Origin: Hyphochytrium catenoides
Taxonomy: Eukaryota; Protista; Hyphochytriomycota
Assembly: GCA_900088475.1 (NCBI GenBank)
Contig: FLMG01000265.1
Coordinates: forward strand, 1-64,000
Reading direction: 5' to 3'
DNA: 64,000 bases
In this document: positions 39,036-50,784 of the stretch, piece by piece
Position numbering within the stretch: the stretch's first letter is position 1
How the letters are laid out: each line of letters begins with the position of its first letter
The notes under the pieces: model-generated
Databases searched by the model: none
The model's input: only the letters and a program-made list of their open reading frames with translations
What the model was told of the DNA's origin: nothing
Program-made: the position numbers and the translations under genes

Positions 39036-41422
39036 CTATTCCACATTGAGGCCGAGCATAGAAATATCATCCCTCTTGGTCCGCTCCCTGTGCTTTGCTC
39101 CTTCCTCCTCCTCAACGGTGCTACTAGACTCATGATGGAGATCTTCCAGCTCTCTATCAGCCACCTGCTTGTCTTTGCCTCCTTTCCCTGGCGACTCTCC
39201 TTGCTTTTTCCTTGAAGCCCGACGACCACCACCATCACGCCATGCCTGCAGTTGTACCAAAAGTCCTTCGTCTGTCTGAAGTTGAGATCTTACTAGGGGT
39301 TGACCAGTTACTGGACAACGGTTTCCATACTTTTTAAACCACTGCTCGACGGCAGACCTCTCAAAGACCTACGCCACCAGCCCAAGAAGAAGTGATGTTA
39401 GATAGACCATATGGAGGTGCATAGACGTAGAATAGAACTTATGAATAGAACTTATGAAGTATCTTCAGCCCGATGCAGTGCTTCACTATCGTGGAATTCG
39501 TTAGAGAGACCAACAAAGATTGAAATAAAGGTTGACTGCAGGTGAGCGTACGAATCGTGTTTGTCGAAGACATCGTCGGCAATAGACCAAAACCTAAAGG
39601 ACATAAAAGCAGGACGGTGCTCACTTACGTGGCCAAAGGGGCTTCGCACTGGATCTTGGAGCAATTTTTGCGTTAGATCACACTTAAGCTCATCCGGTAC
39701 CTCGTCCTGATCCGCTCTAGTCCCACCAGTTTCTTCGTTGTTGCGCTTTGAGGCCCTACTCCGATTGGTGCTTCTCTTATTGAGGTTGCTCACTGTTGGG
39801 TCAGAGTAATGAGAACCCTTAAGTCCTGGCCTTTTCTTCTTTTGGTTCAGGTTGGGAAGATCTCCCAGTAGCTTATACTTTTCTTTGGTAGCTATGAATG
39901 CAGGCTCGGATTTCTCCTCTTCCTTCATGAGTTCAATGATCTTTGGCTCGGCTTTGTGAGCCTCTCTGTCTCTGTTGGTCTCCTCGTCCAAGGTACGGTC
40001 AGTCACACCCTCAAATTCTGCTTGGTCAACCTGAGTCCTAAAGACTGCGTTATGTAGGGTTTCCACCGTGCCATCCGCTTGTGGTTGGGGAGTCTGTGGA
40101 TCCGACCATTCTTCCGCTTGGCCGCCCATAGCTGGCAAAAGGACAGTGTACACAGCCTGGCTGCGACAGTAGTCGATGGCCTTGTAACCCTCTTTGTCCT
40201 TCTTCATAGGATCTACACCCGCTTCTAATAACATCTGAGGATGATTCATCAAGTATATCGTTAGATTATTCAATTTAGACAACCAGGACGTAGGACAGAG
40301 TGTAACTTTCCAACCTTGACAATGCCCGGGTGATTTGCCTCTACAGCTTCATGGAGGCAAGTCCAGCCCTCCTCGTTCACTGCTTGAATATCGGCTCCCA
40401 AGTCTATCAGCTTCCGAACGGTATGCTCATGTCTGAAGCGGCACTAACAGAGGAACAACATATAGTGAATGGAATGAAGAACAATGAGGTTGAATGACAA
40501 TGTGGGCATACACTCTCAGCCAGTGGCGTTTGGCCAGGATAGGGGCAAAAGTTTGAAGCGGGACAGATGTGATTAAGTTCCGCTCCCTTTTGGACGAGTG
40601 CGGCTGCGATCTCCGTGAACCCTCTGTGCGCAGCTTCATGGAGTGGAGTCCAACCAAAGGAGTTCGTAGCGTTTGGATTGGCACCAGCGTCTAGAAGTCC
40701 TAACGCTAAGGGCTGGAGCCCATACGCAACTGGAGCCAGTGATTGAGTGTCAACAGTGACGGGACATGCAGGACGAGAAGTACTAAGAAAAAGTCTTCTA
40801 CCTGCCATGTGGAGCGGCGTCCATCCTCCGGCCCATTCTCCAGGGCCCCGAATAGTTTGGTGGTCAATCTTCATATGCTGCTCCTTCATGGCTTCCAGAA
40901 TTGTTAGCCCTGCCGCGATGGTGACATCACTGTGGCAGCACGCATGCAAGGGAATCCATCCATCGATATTGGGAACATCCAGCTTGGATTTATCCAGCAT
41001 GAGTGGAGGATAGCCGTCGACATCTAAAACCAGCTGATGATCTTTGGGTATTGTCGTAGTGTTTACCGGTAACACATCTTCACTTTGCTCTGTGTCCTCT
41101 CCAGCCGCCTGTCGGTGTACCTGTGAAACACGCCGAATGATGATGCCGTGCTCCGTGGGAATCGCTTCTGTAAGCACTTGGTCGTCCTCCTTAGAGGACC
41201 GATCCTCCTCGTCTGGAGCTGCAAAATCTTTGATGGTGTAAACATCTGTGAATAGCAATATTAACAAAGTATGTCGCAACAGGAACGCCCGCGGCGTAAA
41301 CCCTTACACGGTGGTCTGAATAAAAGGGGATGAAGCTGTTGCTCCAAAGCTTGCGAAAGAAAGAAGGCACACATAAGCATTTCGCCAGCCGTAGCGGCTT
41401 GGACGGACATGCCGCCACCCAT
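39036..41422 (-). CDS. Ankyrin-repeat U-box E3 ubiquitin ligase; multi-exon
   Basis: Ankyrin motifs GWIPLHACC, GWTPLHMA, GWTPLHEAAHRG, GQTPLAE, GWTCLHEA. U-box VPDELKCDLTQKLLQDPVRSPFGH|VFERSAVEQWFKKYGNRCPVTGQPL. The start MGGGMS is tentative. Confidence 0.85.
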
Positions 41423-43887
41423 GGTCTTCACGAGGCAATCACTGCGTGGGGTTGCGAGAATCTGAGGAGCAACAAGGAGACAAGGCTGTGGTTTGTGGCT
41501 TGGTGTCTAGTGGCGAGAAATATATAGCTAAGATGCTGTAGAGCGGGTAAGAAGATATCGTAAAGGCTCGTTTCTCTAGGAAACAGCCAGCTAGCTCGCC
41601 CGAGCTGTCGCCGTCTTACAGAAGGATCCTCGTTGTTCACTACATTTAAGTACGACAAACGAGGAGCTGCGGCGCGGCACCAACGCTATCAATAATATTA
41701 CCAACAACCTTGGATCTGGAAAGCTTAGCGAAAGAGCAAGTTTGCCCATCATCAAGAGGAGAGAAGCAGGAGTAGGGGAAGCTCAGTTCTACAAGGTGGG
41801 CAAGGGATGGAAGAAAAAAGAAGCGGAAGGGAGACAATTCAAGGAGGATCATCCATCAACGTCAAAGTTTGGGCCAGTCAAGTTAACAATAAATTCAAGT
41901 CTTTCGAAGCTTTCAAGCTAGAAAAAGACAAATCCCTTCTTGTACTCAGTGGTAACCAAGGAACACCGTGAAACCTTTCCACAATCGTTTTATTTCTTTC
42001 AGATGTAACGGACAAGGCGCTTGGTTGGACAACATGCCAGTCGAAGCAGCACAGAGCTCCTCTGCCAACAGCGCTTATTAGTCTGCTGGGCCTTAGTCGC
42101 AAAGAAGAAGAGGGAAAGGAGTAATGTAGGTTGGAGGTCAGCAGGCTTATTTGGTTTATGGCAAACGGAACGAAGGATAATAGCAGCAGGTGTCTGGTTG
42201 TGGTCTGCCAGCATACTGAGAGGTTTCCGCTGTTTGAGCTATCACAGCGACGACCTGATTCGTCAAGGTAATTATGCTTCATAAACGAACCATGAGTCAC
42301 TCAAGGTTTGAGCCGAGGTGGAAGAGGTCGAGAAGACCAGAACAAGCTATCACATGCTCGATTTCAAAGATGCTGAGACACCATGTAAAGAATGGGCGGA
42401 AGCGAGGAAGAAGAGGACGAGAGAATGCGACGCAAGGCTTTGGTGTCATTGAGGGTTGTTGGACCAGCGTAGGATAGCTTCCTCAGTTTCGTGCCATACC
42501 ATCCTTCGCCCTTCCTTTGCGTTGGCCGCCTGCTGCTTCTCTTTCTCCATCAAAAACTTCCAAGAAATAGGCTATCAAAACATCTCATGACTATAATTTG
42601 AATCAGTGCATTCTGTATCCAATATCGTTTAACGGACAAAAGACTAAGGGTGAAGTGTTGGCGCCTAGCGCCCTTCAAAAGCATCACGAAAACCAATGAG
42701 CGAGACCAAGCGAGAGCGATGACGGCTGGAGGAGGATACTTTCAGATAGCCCTCACAAACTTCAGGCACAAAAAGCGGTAGACCTCTCACCTGTACAACT
42801 CCACGATTTGGGAGTATCGTGGATCCAAAGCCAAGATCATGGCCGGCGTCCTTTGAGCATTATGTTCAGGGTTACGAAGTTCATGCAGCAAGCAACGAAG
42901 GCATTCAAACTATAAACGAACAATGCCAACTCTGACACGCGCAACGAAGGGAAGCGCCGGAAAAGGAAAGAAGTTTCCCATTGCAAAAGAGTTCCACAAA
43001 GATGGGACTCAGTCGACCTAAACTTATAATGTTCACAAGAAAGTGTTAAAGTGCGATTCAACATTCCCGAGTTGGGATCTCGTCCCAACACGAAGAATGC
43101 TATGCTCTTGCGCTGGCCGTTACGAGGGAGATGCTTGCGACGGACGTGAAAAGAGCGTTGCGACGATATCTGTGTTTGGAAAAAGTAAAGCCAGCTTTCT
43201 ATAAGAAGAACCCTTATCCGAACTCCATAGGGACAAAGCTGAGAGAGGTGACAACCCCTAGAGCAAATAGGTAGTAAAAGGCGCAAAATACTGTTTATCT
43301 CTTTATATGGGCAGCTACAGCAATTAATTCGATGGATATCATTACCATCTTCCCTCTCTCTGACGTATATGTAGTATATACATATAGAAGTTGTTCTGGA
43401 ATGGCAAGGCTTTCCCTTGATATCCACGTATCCCTCGGGTGGGTGCTTCATGACGATTGGGAAGAAGGCCCAAGTGCTTGTCCTAGACTCCTTATCACCA
43501 TTACAGTTCTTTGAGTTTGTGAGCCCCGTCGCCAAGGAGTGCTGTTTCTATGAAATGAAAGGCCACTCTCTCTTGGCCCCCACCATCCTAATTACTACTA
43601 CTACTACTATCCACAGCCCATGCCTAAGGGATGGAGGAACAGCCCTGACTAAAACAGTATGACCTACTGCTTAGGTTCCGTACCGTCGAAGGTTGTGCAC
43701 CCTTCAACCCAGTCCTTGACTATCTTGAGGGTGATGAATGATGAGTGGCGCGCTTGTCACTTCTCTGTCAGCTATCAAGCGCATCTTCGCATCTTCACAG
43801 CATCCAAAGAAATTTCCTGGCTGTCAGTTTTAGGGACCACATAGATAATCACAGAAGGTGCAAGATGATAATCACTTAGGGGCCTGC

Positions 43888-43975
43888 TAGATTCGAAGGC
43901 AGGCTTATCCAGAGTATTATCTATAGAAGATCCCCCTTTAGGGAATCTACAGTATATTTACGCTCTCTGAATCTT
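43888..43975. promoter_or_regulatory. Cluster of three GAATCT cores (two full YGAATCTH matches) upstream of the PSR1-like gene
   Basis: tagattcg (rc cgaatcta) 43888-95, ggaatcta 43942-49, tgaatctt 43968-75. YGAATCTH is the motif reported for diatom PtPSR. Confidence 0.35.
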
Positions 43976-44600
43976 CAGCAAGGAGAAAAGTCCTGGAACC
44001 TTGGAAACCTTGGCGGGTATATATTTTTCACTAGTCCCTTGTTCTTCGTATGGCTTCTGCTCCGTTAAGAGAAAGAAACAAAGCTTCACTGAGTCATAAG
44101 TTTTCATATTGGTCATGAGTCACAGGATGAAAAAGACCAGAACGACCTCGTTTGATGTTGGTGGATGGTTACGCAAGAACCACCCAACATGATCTCTCCT
44201 TTCCCTTCTCATTCTTCAACATTTACCTCTTCATTCGCTTCTTCCAATAAATAGCTAGAAGCCTGGCATATCTGTCTCTCACTGGCCATATCTCTAACTA
44301 ACTCTGTCACTCTTCTGGACTTTCCCCACATGTCGCACCTAAAATAGCTGGTTTTGTCCATCATCAGACGGAAGACGATCAGATCTGGCTGAGAAATGCT
44401 CACGGTTTCTTTAAACCCTTCTTGTCCTGTCGGTCTAGGATTGGGTCATACACGTCAAACGCCAGGCACTTGATTTGGAGTGACGAATATAGAGAGAAGA
44501 GAGTAAGACATAGAGAGAGAGACTGCTACATCGAAGAGAAAGGAGAGAAGAGAGAAACCAGAACGAACCAAAGCGTGAAAAAGAGAGAGAGAGCTGCGGG

Positions 44601-44602
<2 letters not shown>

Positions 44603-44663
<61 letters not shown>
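44603..44663. repeat. (GA)n microsatellite
   Basis: About 30 perfect GA units. Confidence 0.95.
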
Positions 44664-44667
<4 letters not shown>

Positions 44668-45395
44668 CTAGTGAGGAGAGAAAGAGGCACATGACATGAC
44701 TATTTATCTGCTTTCCTTTCGCTCTTCTTGATGAAGACTGCGGCGGAAAGTTGATGATGATGACCACAAGAGTCTTGCCTTTGGCCCTCTTGTTGTTTGA
44801 GGACAGAGTGGGCTGGGGCAAGATCGACAGCGTACAACGTAAGAAATAGGAGGAGAGAGCTGGAAGAGAGTGCGGTGCCTATAAAAGGAGAGAGGAGAGA
44901 CAAAGAGAGAGGAGAGCGAGGAGGGAAACCTAGAAAGAACGCTGGTTTGGTCCTGCCCTTAGAAGGCGCAGCCAATGCCGCCAAAGGACTTGTGAGGAAG
45001 GGCTTTTTTCATGGTCTACATGCCTACTTCTTTGATCTATTGGCGCCTTTGAAGCTTTGATTGACAGCGCTGCGCGAGCGACCCCTTCAGAGCATTGAGT
45101 CTCAGCTAGCAGCTTCATAGCTCGGGGCTTGGAAGACTAGAGCTTCGTGGATGCAAAGTTTGTGCTGTCAGGTGCCCGTACAGACCAGCCAAACGTCTAC
45201 GTTGAAAATGATCGGCAGCGAGATGAATGCTCTAACTCCTCGGGTTCGAGCTAGGAAAGAGTGTTAGCCTCTTGAAGGATAGCAACCAGAGGAAAGCAGT
45301 CCGCGGGTCCTGTGGGACATCGAATCAGACTGTGTCCTACTCTTCTGCATCCTCCGTATACTTCAAGCAGGCTTGAGCTTCACAATGGCTATGGA

Positions 45396-47421
45396 ATGGG
45401 TTACAGAGCAGCAGCAGACAAAGTAGACCCGCTTCAGGGGCACATGATGCAGAAGAGCAAGATCACTGCTACCGAGGAAACTACCCCGCAAGCTAACGGG
45501 AGCGTGCCTTCTTTATCTCCGACAGGGGGATACAACGTGGCATCCACCTCCGCAAAGAAGAGAAAGGCTGAAGATCGTGGCAGCCCGAATGAAGCAGCTG
45601 GCAAGAAAGGCAAGCCAAAGAAAGGAAAGCGCTTTTTGTGGACGGAGGAGCTCCATAGAAGATTTGTTGCGGCTGTCTTTGATGGTAAGTCCTCATTCCG
45701 AGCTGGCTTTTCATGTCCTATTGCTAAGCACCCTTCCATCATATCTTCTCGCAGTCGGCCTCAAACATGCCTCGCCTAAGGCTCTGTATATGGTGAGTTG
45801 AGTCCGCGAGCGGTCTTTTAGTTTAGCAACTCCATCCTATTTGTCAATGCTCATAGCCCTCTGTCCTACCCTTTGTTATCTACCATCTTCCTTCATAGAT
45901 CCTTGGTGATGCTGCCGTCCAGAACAAGGTGACGACAGAGCACATCAAGAGTCACCTGCAGAAGTTCCGACTACATAGTCAGAAGTCCAGGGAACAGTTC
46001 TTGAAGTATCATGAGGAGGCCACGGTCCGGGCTCAGGAGATGGGCTACGGGACCACATTGACAGTCTACCCAGTGACAAGTAAGTGCCTAACCTCAGGAG
46101 GTTAAGTGAAGAATAGAGCCGTAACAAATTTCTGTCTCCTTGATCTTAGGTAAACCTCCACCAGCGTCTAAGACTGCAGTCACGGGACCTCCACAGACAA
46201 ACTCTGCCTATCAGAACTATCAGGAAGGCGACGCAGGTGCTTCCTCTAGTAGTCTCTCAATCCCTACTTTATTTTGTTTCCTGGTTTGTGTCACTGTTCT
46301 CCTTGTGACACTTCACTCTGCCGAACCGTCCGCTTGCGCAACAGCCACTGCTAAACCCGCATCTGCTTTAGGAAAATTATTTCATAACATCCAGCCCTCT
46401 GGACCTCCGCCACGGATTCCTTCTCAACCGCAGCCTGAGGAAGCTATTCATCACCACAACGCCGGAGCCGATGGCCTTCGACGACAAGTAAGATATTTGC
46501 TGGGTTCATTGGACCTGAGCAGCTTTGCATGTTTTTTTGTCTTCACATATTCCCCGCAAAGTGGCTTCATTCTCCTTTTGGTCATGGCGTCCTAAACCAG
46601 GATCTTCTCTATCGCCCTAGGTACAAATGCAGGCACGTAGTCTACAGCTTCAAGCGGAGTACCAGGAAGCCCTTCAGCACCAGCTTCTCGAGCAGCAACG
46701 CCTTCAGCAGGAGCTGCAGGAGAAGTTGGCGCTCCTACAGGCTCAAGCACAGCTGAACGGAGTTCAGATTCCAGCAGATCCACCAACCACAGTGTCATTA
46801 AGTTCCTCCGTATCTGACGGTGTCCCGATGGAAAATAAGACAAGGCTCCAGATACAATTGGCGATGCAGAGTCAAATGAATATGCATAGACAGGTAAGCG
46901 CCACCAAGCCATAAGCAGACAGTGGAATAGGTAGAGTTCTGCCATGAGAAAGAGAACATGGAGGCGGAAGGGAAGGGGAGAATAGGGTCAATCTTGCAAG
47001 GAAGACTCGGGAGGCAAGAATGAAGCAACATCGCGTGGTTCATTAATGCTCTTTGGCGTGTCTCTTCTAGATGCTGCTGCGCCAGGCAGGTCAAGTGGCC
47101 CTACATGGGGGAAGTCTTCCGAACTATAGCGTAGCTGCAGCATCATCATCATCGCCAGGCTCACTATCTAGTGAGATGGAGGCCAGAAGAGACAAGCCCC
47201 AAAATGACAAACCATCATCGTCGCCAAATAGGAACCTGCAGCCTAGCAGTGCACCCGTTGGGCCCGACAGTAACGCAGCTCCGCCTTCAGACGCAAGCAT
47301 GAACTTCACCCCAAGTGGCGACCACTTTCAGAACAATCAAAGTGCCTCTTCACACAGCAATTTGTTGGAGACTTTTGACTGGACGATGTCGGACGACGAG
47401 CTCTTCCAATTTTTGCTATAG
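45396..47421 (+). CDS. PSR1: Myb-like GARP (SHAQKYF-class) coiled-coil transcription factor, PSR1/PHR-like phosphate starvation regulator; multi-exon
   Basis: RFLWTEELHRRFVAAVFD|VGLKHASPKALYM|...TTEHIKSHLQKFRLHSQKSREQFL. Gln-rich coiled coil QIQLAMQSQMNMHRQ|MLLRQ. Acidic C-terminus DWTMSDDELFQFLL*. Orthology to PSR1 is inferred and the start codon is tentative. Confidence 0.8.
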
Positions 47422-48067
47422 AGTACCCAGGAAACCTGAGGCAAATTTTTCCAAGCAGCTCGACCAGTCTATTACATTCTTCACTGGCATCCTCAACCTT
47501 TCAGGCAGCCCGCTACGTGGAACAGACGAAGGAGTGGTTTATGCTACTTTTTCTATTGTGTCAATGTACTTCTATTTTTTGCGTTTTACGCTTATCTGCC
47601 CATTCTACCGCTGAACTCCTGGGTCGGCGGTGCAGACCTCAAAAGTCTTGCCCAGATGTGCGATACAACCCTCTACGTCAAACCTCGTCGTTCCCTCAGA
47701 CTGTTGTTCCGACCTCTTATCTCACTTAACGATGATCGTAGCTGATCTTGGTGGCGTTTCCTTCCCCTGCCGTCATATGAGTAAGACGTCCCTGCCGAGA
47801 GCACTTTCTGAGGCGAAGGTTTAGGATTAACTAGATGCATGACGTTGACTCTTCTGCCTCTACTTTTAGAAAGCTGTCACGAACGTTGAAGGGCCCTAAG
47901 CTAGAGATTTGGTGACTCCGCAATGTAAAGGTTCAGGGTGGACCGGTGGCTAGGCATGTCACTGTTGATGGCTCTTGCCTTCATTAGCAAGGGTTAGACG
48001 GTAGCACCTGGTAGCAACCATGAACCCACCACGTTAAAGCCAAAGCCGTAGAGAATTAACGATGATC

Positions 48068-49690
48068 CTATCGCAGGTAATTGTGTGAGAAGAGATATTC
48101 GGACTGCGATAGCTGCTCCACTGCACTCCTTAGCTTCCTGAGCTCGTGCTGCGTTAGAAAAGCAATGAGCTCAGCTGGCACGGCCGCCCTTCGCCTCAGG
48201 TCTTCCAAGGGTACAGTTACGAGGGCCTCTCTCTTCGTCTCCTCTGGAAACTGAATCAATGCCAAGTTCTGAAAGAGGAGATCACGGTCTGTCTCCAGGG
48301 CTATACGATATCGCGTCGGCTTCACCTCTTCCAAGCGCTTCAGCAGATTATTGATGGTCTGGAACTTCTGAATAAGCAATGCTGCAGTCTTCTTGCCAAT
48401 ACCTGGCACACCGCGAATGTTATCGGACCTGTCACCCATTAAAGCCAACAAATGTGGTAGAGCTTTAAGGGAGGGGATAAGAGACAGTGTTAGCTGGAAG
48501 CCGAACATTTACTACTTTCCCACTGAGCTAGAGACTCTAACGTTTGACCAGGGTCTGTCAAGTCCTCGATTGTCCGTGATGCTGTGCCCTCTCAACAAGC
48601 TCTGATCGTAAAGGGCAGCTGAAGTCCTTCTTTTCAGCCCTTACCTGGCGGCGGCACTCCAAATTCCTCCAGCACAGTGGATTCGTATTGATAGCAAGCC
48701 TTCTGTGGGTCATACATTGAGATTGAACCTTGGCCGCCTTGATAGCCCTTGTTTCGCACGAGTTGGAGCATATCTTTGTCGGGAGAGACCAGAACCACGC
48801 GGTGATTCTAAGCAAACAGAAGAGTCAGGAAAATCAGTCTATACACTTCAGCCGGCTTCTGTTAGAGCAGCACAACGTGCCGTGCATGAGCAAAATGATA
48901 CGCACTGCCCGCTGACAAGGCTATTCTTTCCCTTCAATCCCTTCTATCTCTGGTCTGTCCTCGTCGGCACGTCTCACAAATCCATGGACTCCGCAGGCCG
49001 TCCACTGGCTAACATGTCTGGTTCCTCTATCCTGAATCAGCTGTTCAGTTCTTCCCTTCGCCATCCCTCATCTTCTTCGTTTACTATTAGCCTGGGTTTC
49101 TCTTCAATCTTCTCTTGGCTACTCTCTCGGGCGATTACCTTCTTCCATCCATGGATAGCATAGGCTGCAATAAGGTCATCAGCTTCAAATCCAGGTCCAG
49201 GCGCAGTGGCTGTGATGCCCAATGCTTCAGCACTTTCCCGGGCAAGTGAAAGTTGGAGCTTCAGGTCTGATGGTAAGGAGGTTCTGGCCGCTTTGTAAGT
49301 GGGGAGAATCTCTTTTCTGAAGCTAGGACCACTGCGATCAAAGCAGATCGTCACATAATCAGGTGCAATGTCCTTCAACAGCTTCATCACCACCTGCATA
49401 AAGACTTGCACGGCCCCAATGGCCGTCCCGTCCGACTTCACAAGACTTGGTCCCCCGTGGTAGCACCTGTGGACGATGGGATTGCCATCGACAACAAGGG
49501 TTGTGACTGGAATGCTATCAGCATCCCCAGCTCTTTTGGCGGAGGAGGCAGACGTAGATCTAGCAGCCACTTTGGATGACCTCGAAGAGAAAGCTCTGAA
49601 AAGATATTGGTAATCATTGATCTGCAGAGCCCTACAGGGCGCCTTCTGCGCAGCCAAAGTGTGGACAAATCTTAACGCCCGCGCCATCAT
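48068..49690 (-). CDS. Stand-alone 5'-3' exonuclease/flap endonuclease (Pol I 5'-nuclease family), organelle-targeted; 3 exons
   Basis: VVDGN, CFD...SFRKEILPTYKAAR, FEADDLIA, SPDKDMLQL, LMGDRSDNIRGVPGIGKKTA (H3TH). No polymerase domain. Basic Ser/Ala-rich N-terminal presequence. Confidence 0.9.
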
Positions 49691-50051
49691 TTACCGCTGA
49701 GGATGAGACAGAGTGCGTGCCCGCCAATCCCGTGGGATCCTCTTCTTTGTCCAACACACAGATCTAGCGAGCGATAGTTAGAAACGGACTGCGACAGGCG
49801 TGAAGAGAGCAAGAGACGCTGATGGAGCGGGAGAAGGGCGAGGGCGAGAGACCAGGCTCCCTACGTAGATGATATGATGATGGGGACCCCGCCGTCCTGG
49901 GAGCGCCAAAGCAAGCGAGCGGCTGACGAGGAGAAGAGACAGTGAGACAGAGAATCAGATGTTCCCTGAGCTCACCAGCCGGTAACTGAAAGTTGATGTT
50001 GGTTTTGTTGGGGGTTACAGAGTGGGAAAACAGAGTCCTGTCCCTAAGTCC

Positions 50052-50122
50052 NNNNNNNNNNNNNNNNNNNNNNNNNNNNNNNNNNNNNNNNNNNNNNNNN
50101 NNNNNNNNNNNNNNNNNNNNNN
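50052..50122. other. Assembly gap (N run)
   Basis: Run of n. Confidence 1.
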
Positions 50123-50784
50123 CTCTCTCACTTCCCCTGCCTCCGAGCTCTGTGCGTTCCTCTTTCTTTCGTCTCTGCTATCCCACTCATCACACCTTTC
50201 AACCTACTCCCGCTTGGCTCGTCTTCCCCCTTGCTTTCTCTACCAGTCATCGGTTCAACGCCCTTCTTTCCTGCTCCTTTACGTCGTCCAGCTCTCTCCT
50301 CCTCCTCAGCTTCCCGCCCCCTCCGTCACTTTCACTCGTGTTTGTCAACCACTTCCTGGTCCTGTCCTGTTCCAGGGCATCGGCTCTCTGCTTAGCCTCT
50401 CTGACTTCGGGCTGCCCTCACTCAGCTGCTTTACGAGCCTCGCCTGACCTGAGTCATCCCCCTCCGCCTGAGCTACCAACAGAGTTATCTGAAACACGAA
50501 CTGCCTCCTTCCTCGCTCTATCTTGGGCCGCACCAATTACGTCCTCCTCCTCTCTCTCTCTCAGCTCTCTTTTCTCCAATCATGCCAAGGCGTTGCGCGA
50601 AGCTTCTCTAACCTCACCTTATGCCTTCCCAGCACCCGCGCCTACCGATTCTCCCGTCATTTCCTTTAGCCACGCCAGGGGCCGCACTGGCCCCACACTG
50701 CCTCTAGTCAGGCCGTGAGCCTAACGTCCTGGGGCGACCTCCCTTACCAACAGTCAAAAGCGAGTTGATACGCAAGAGTTCAAG

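Noticed and set aside
42837-43535. 232-aa minus-strand ORF
   Set aside because: No ATG at the listed start, no recognisable motif or coherent splice structure.
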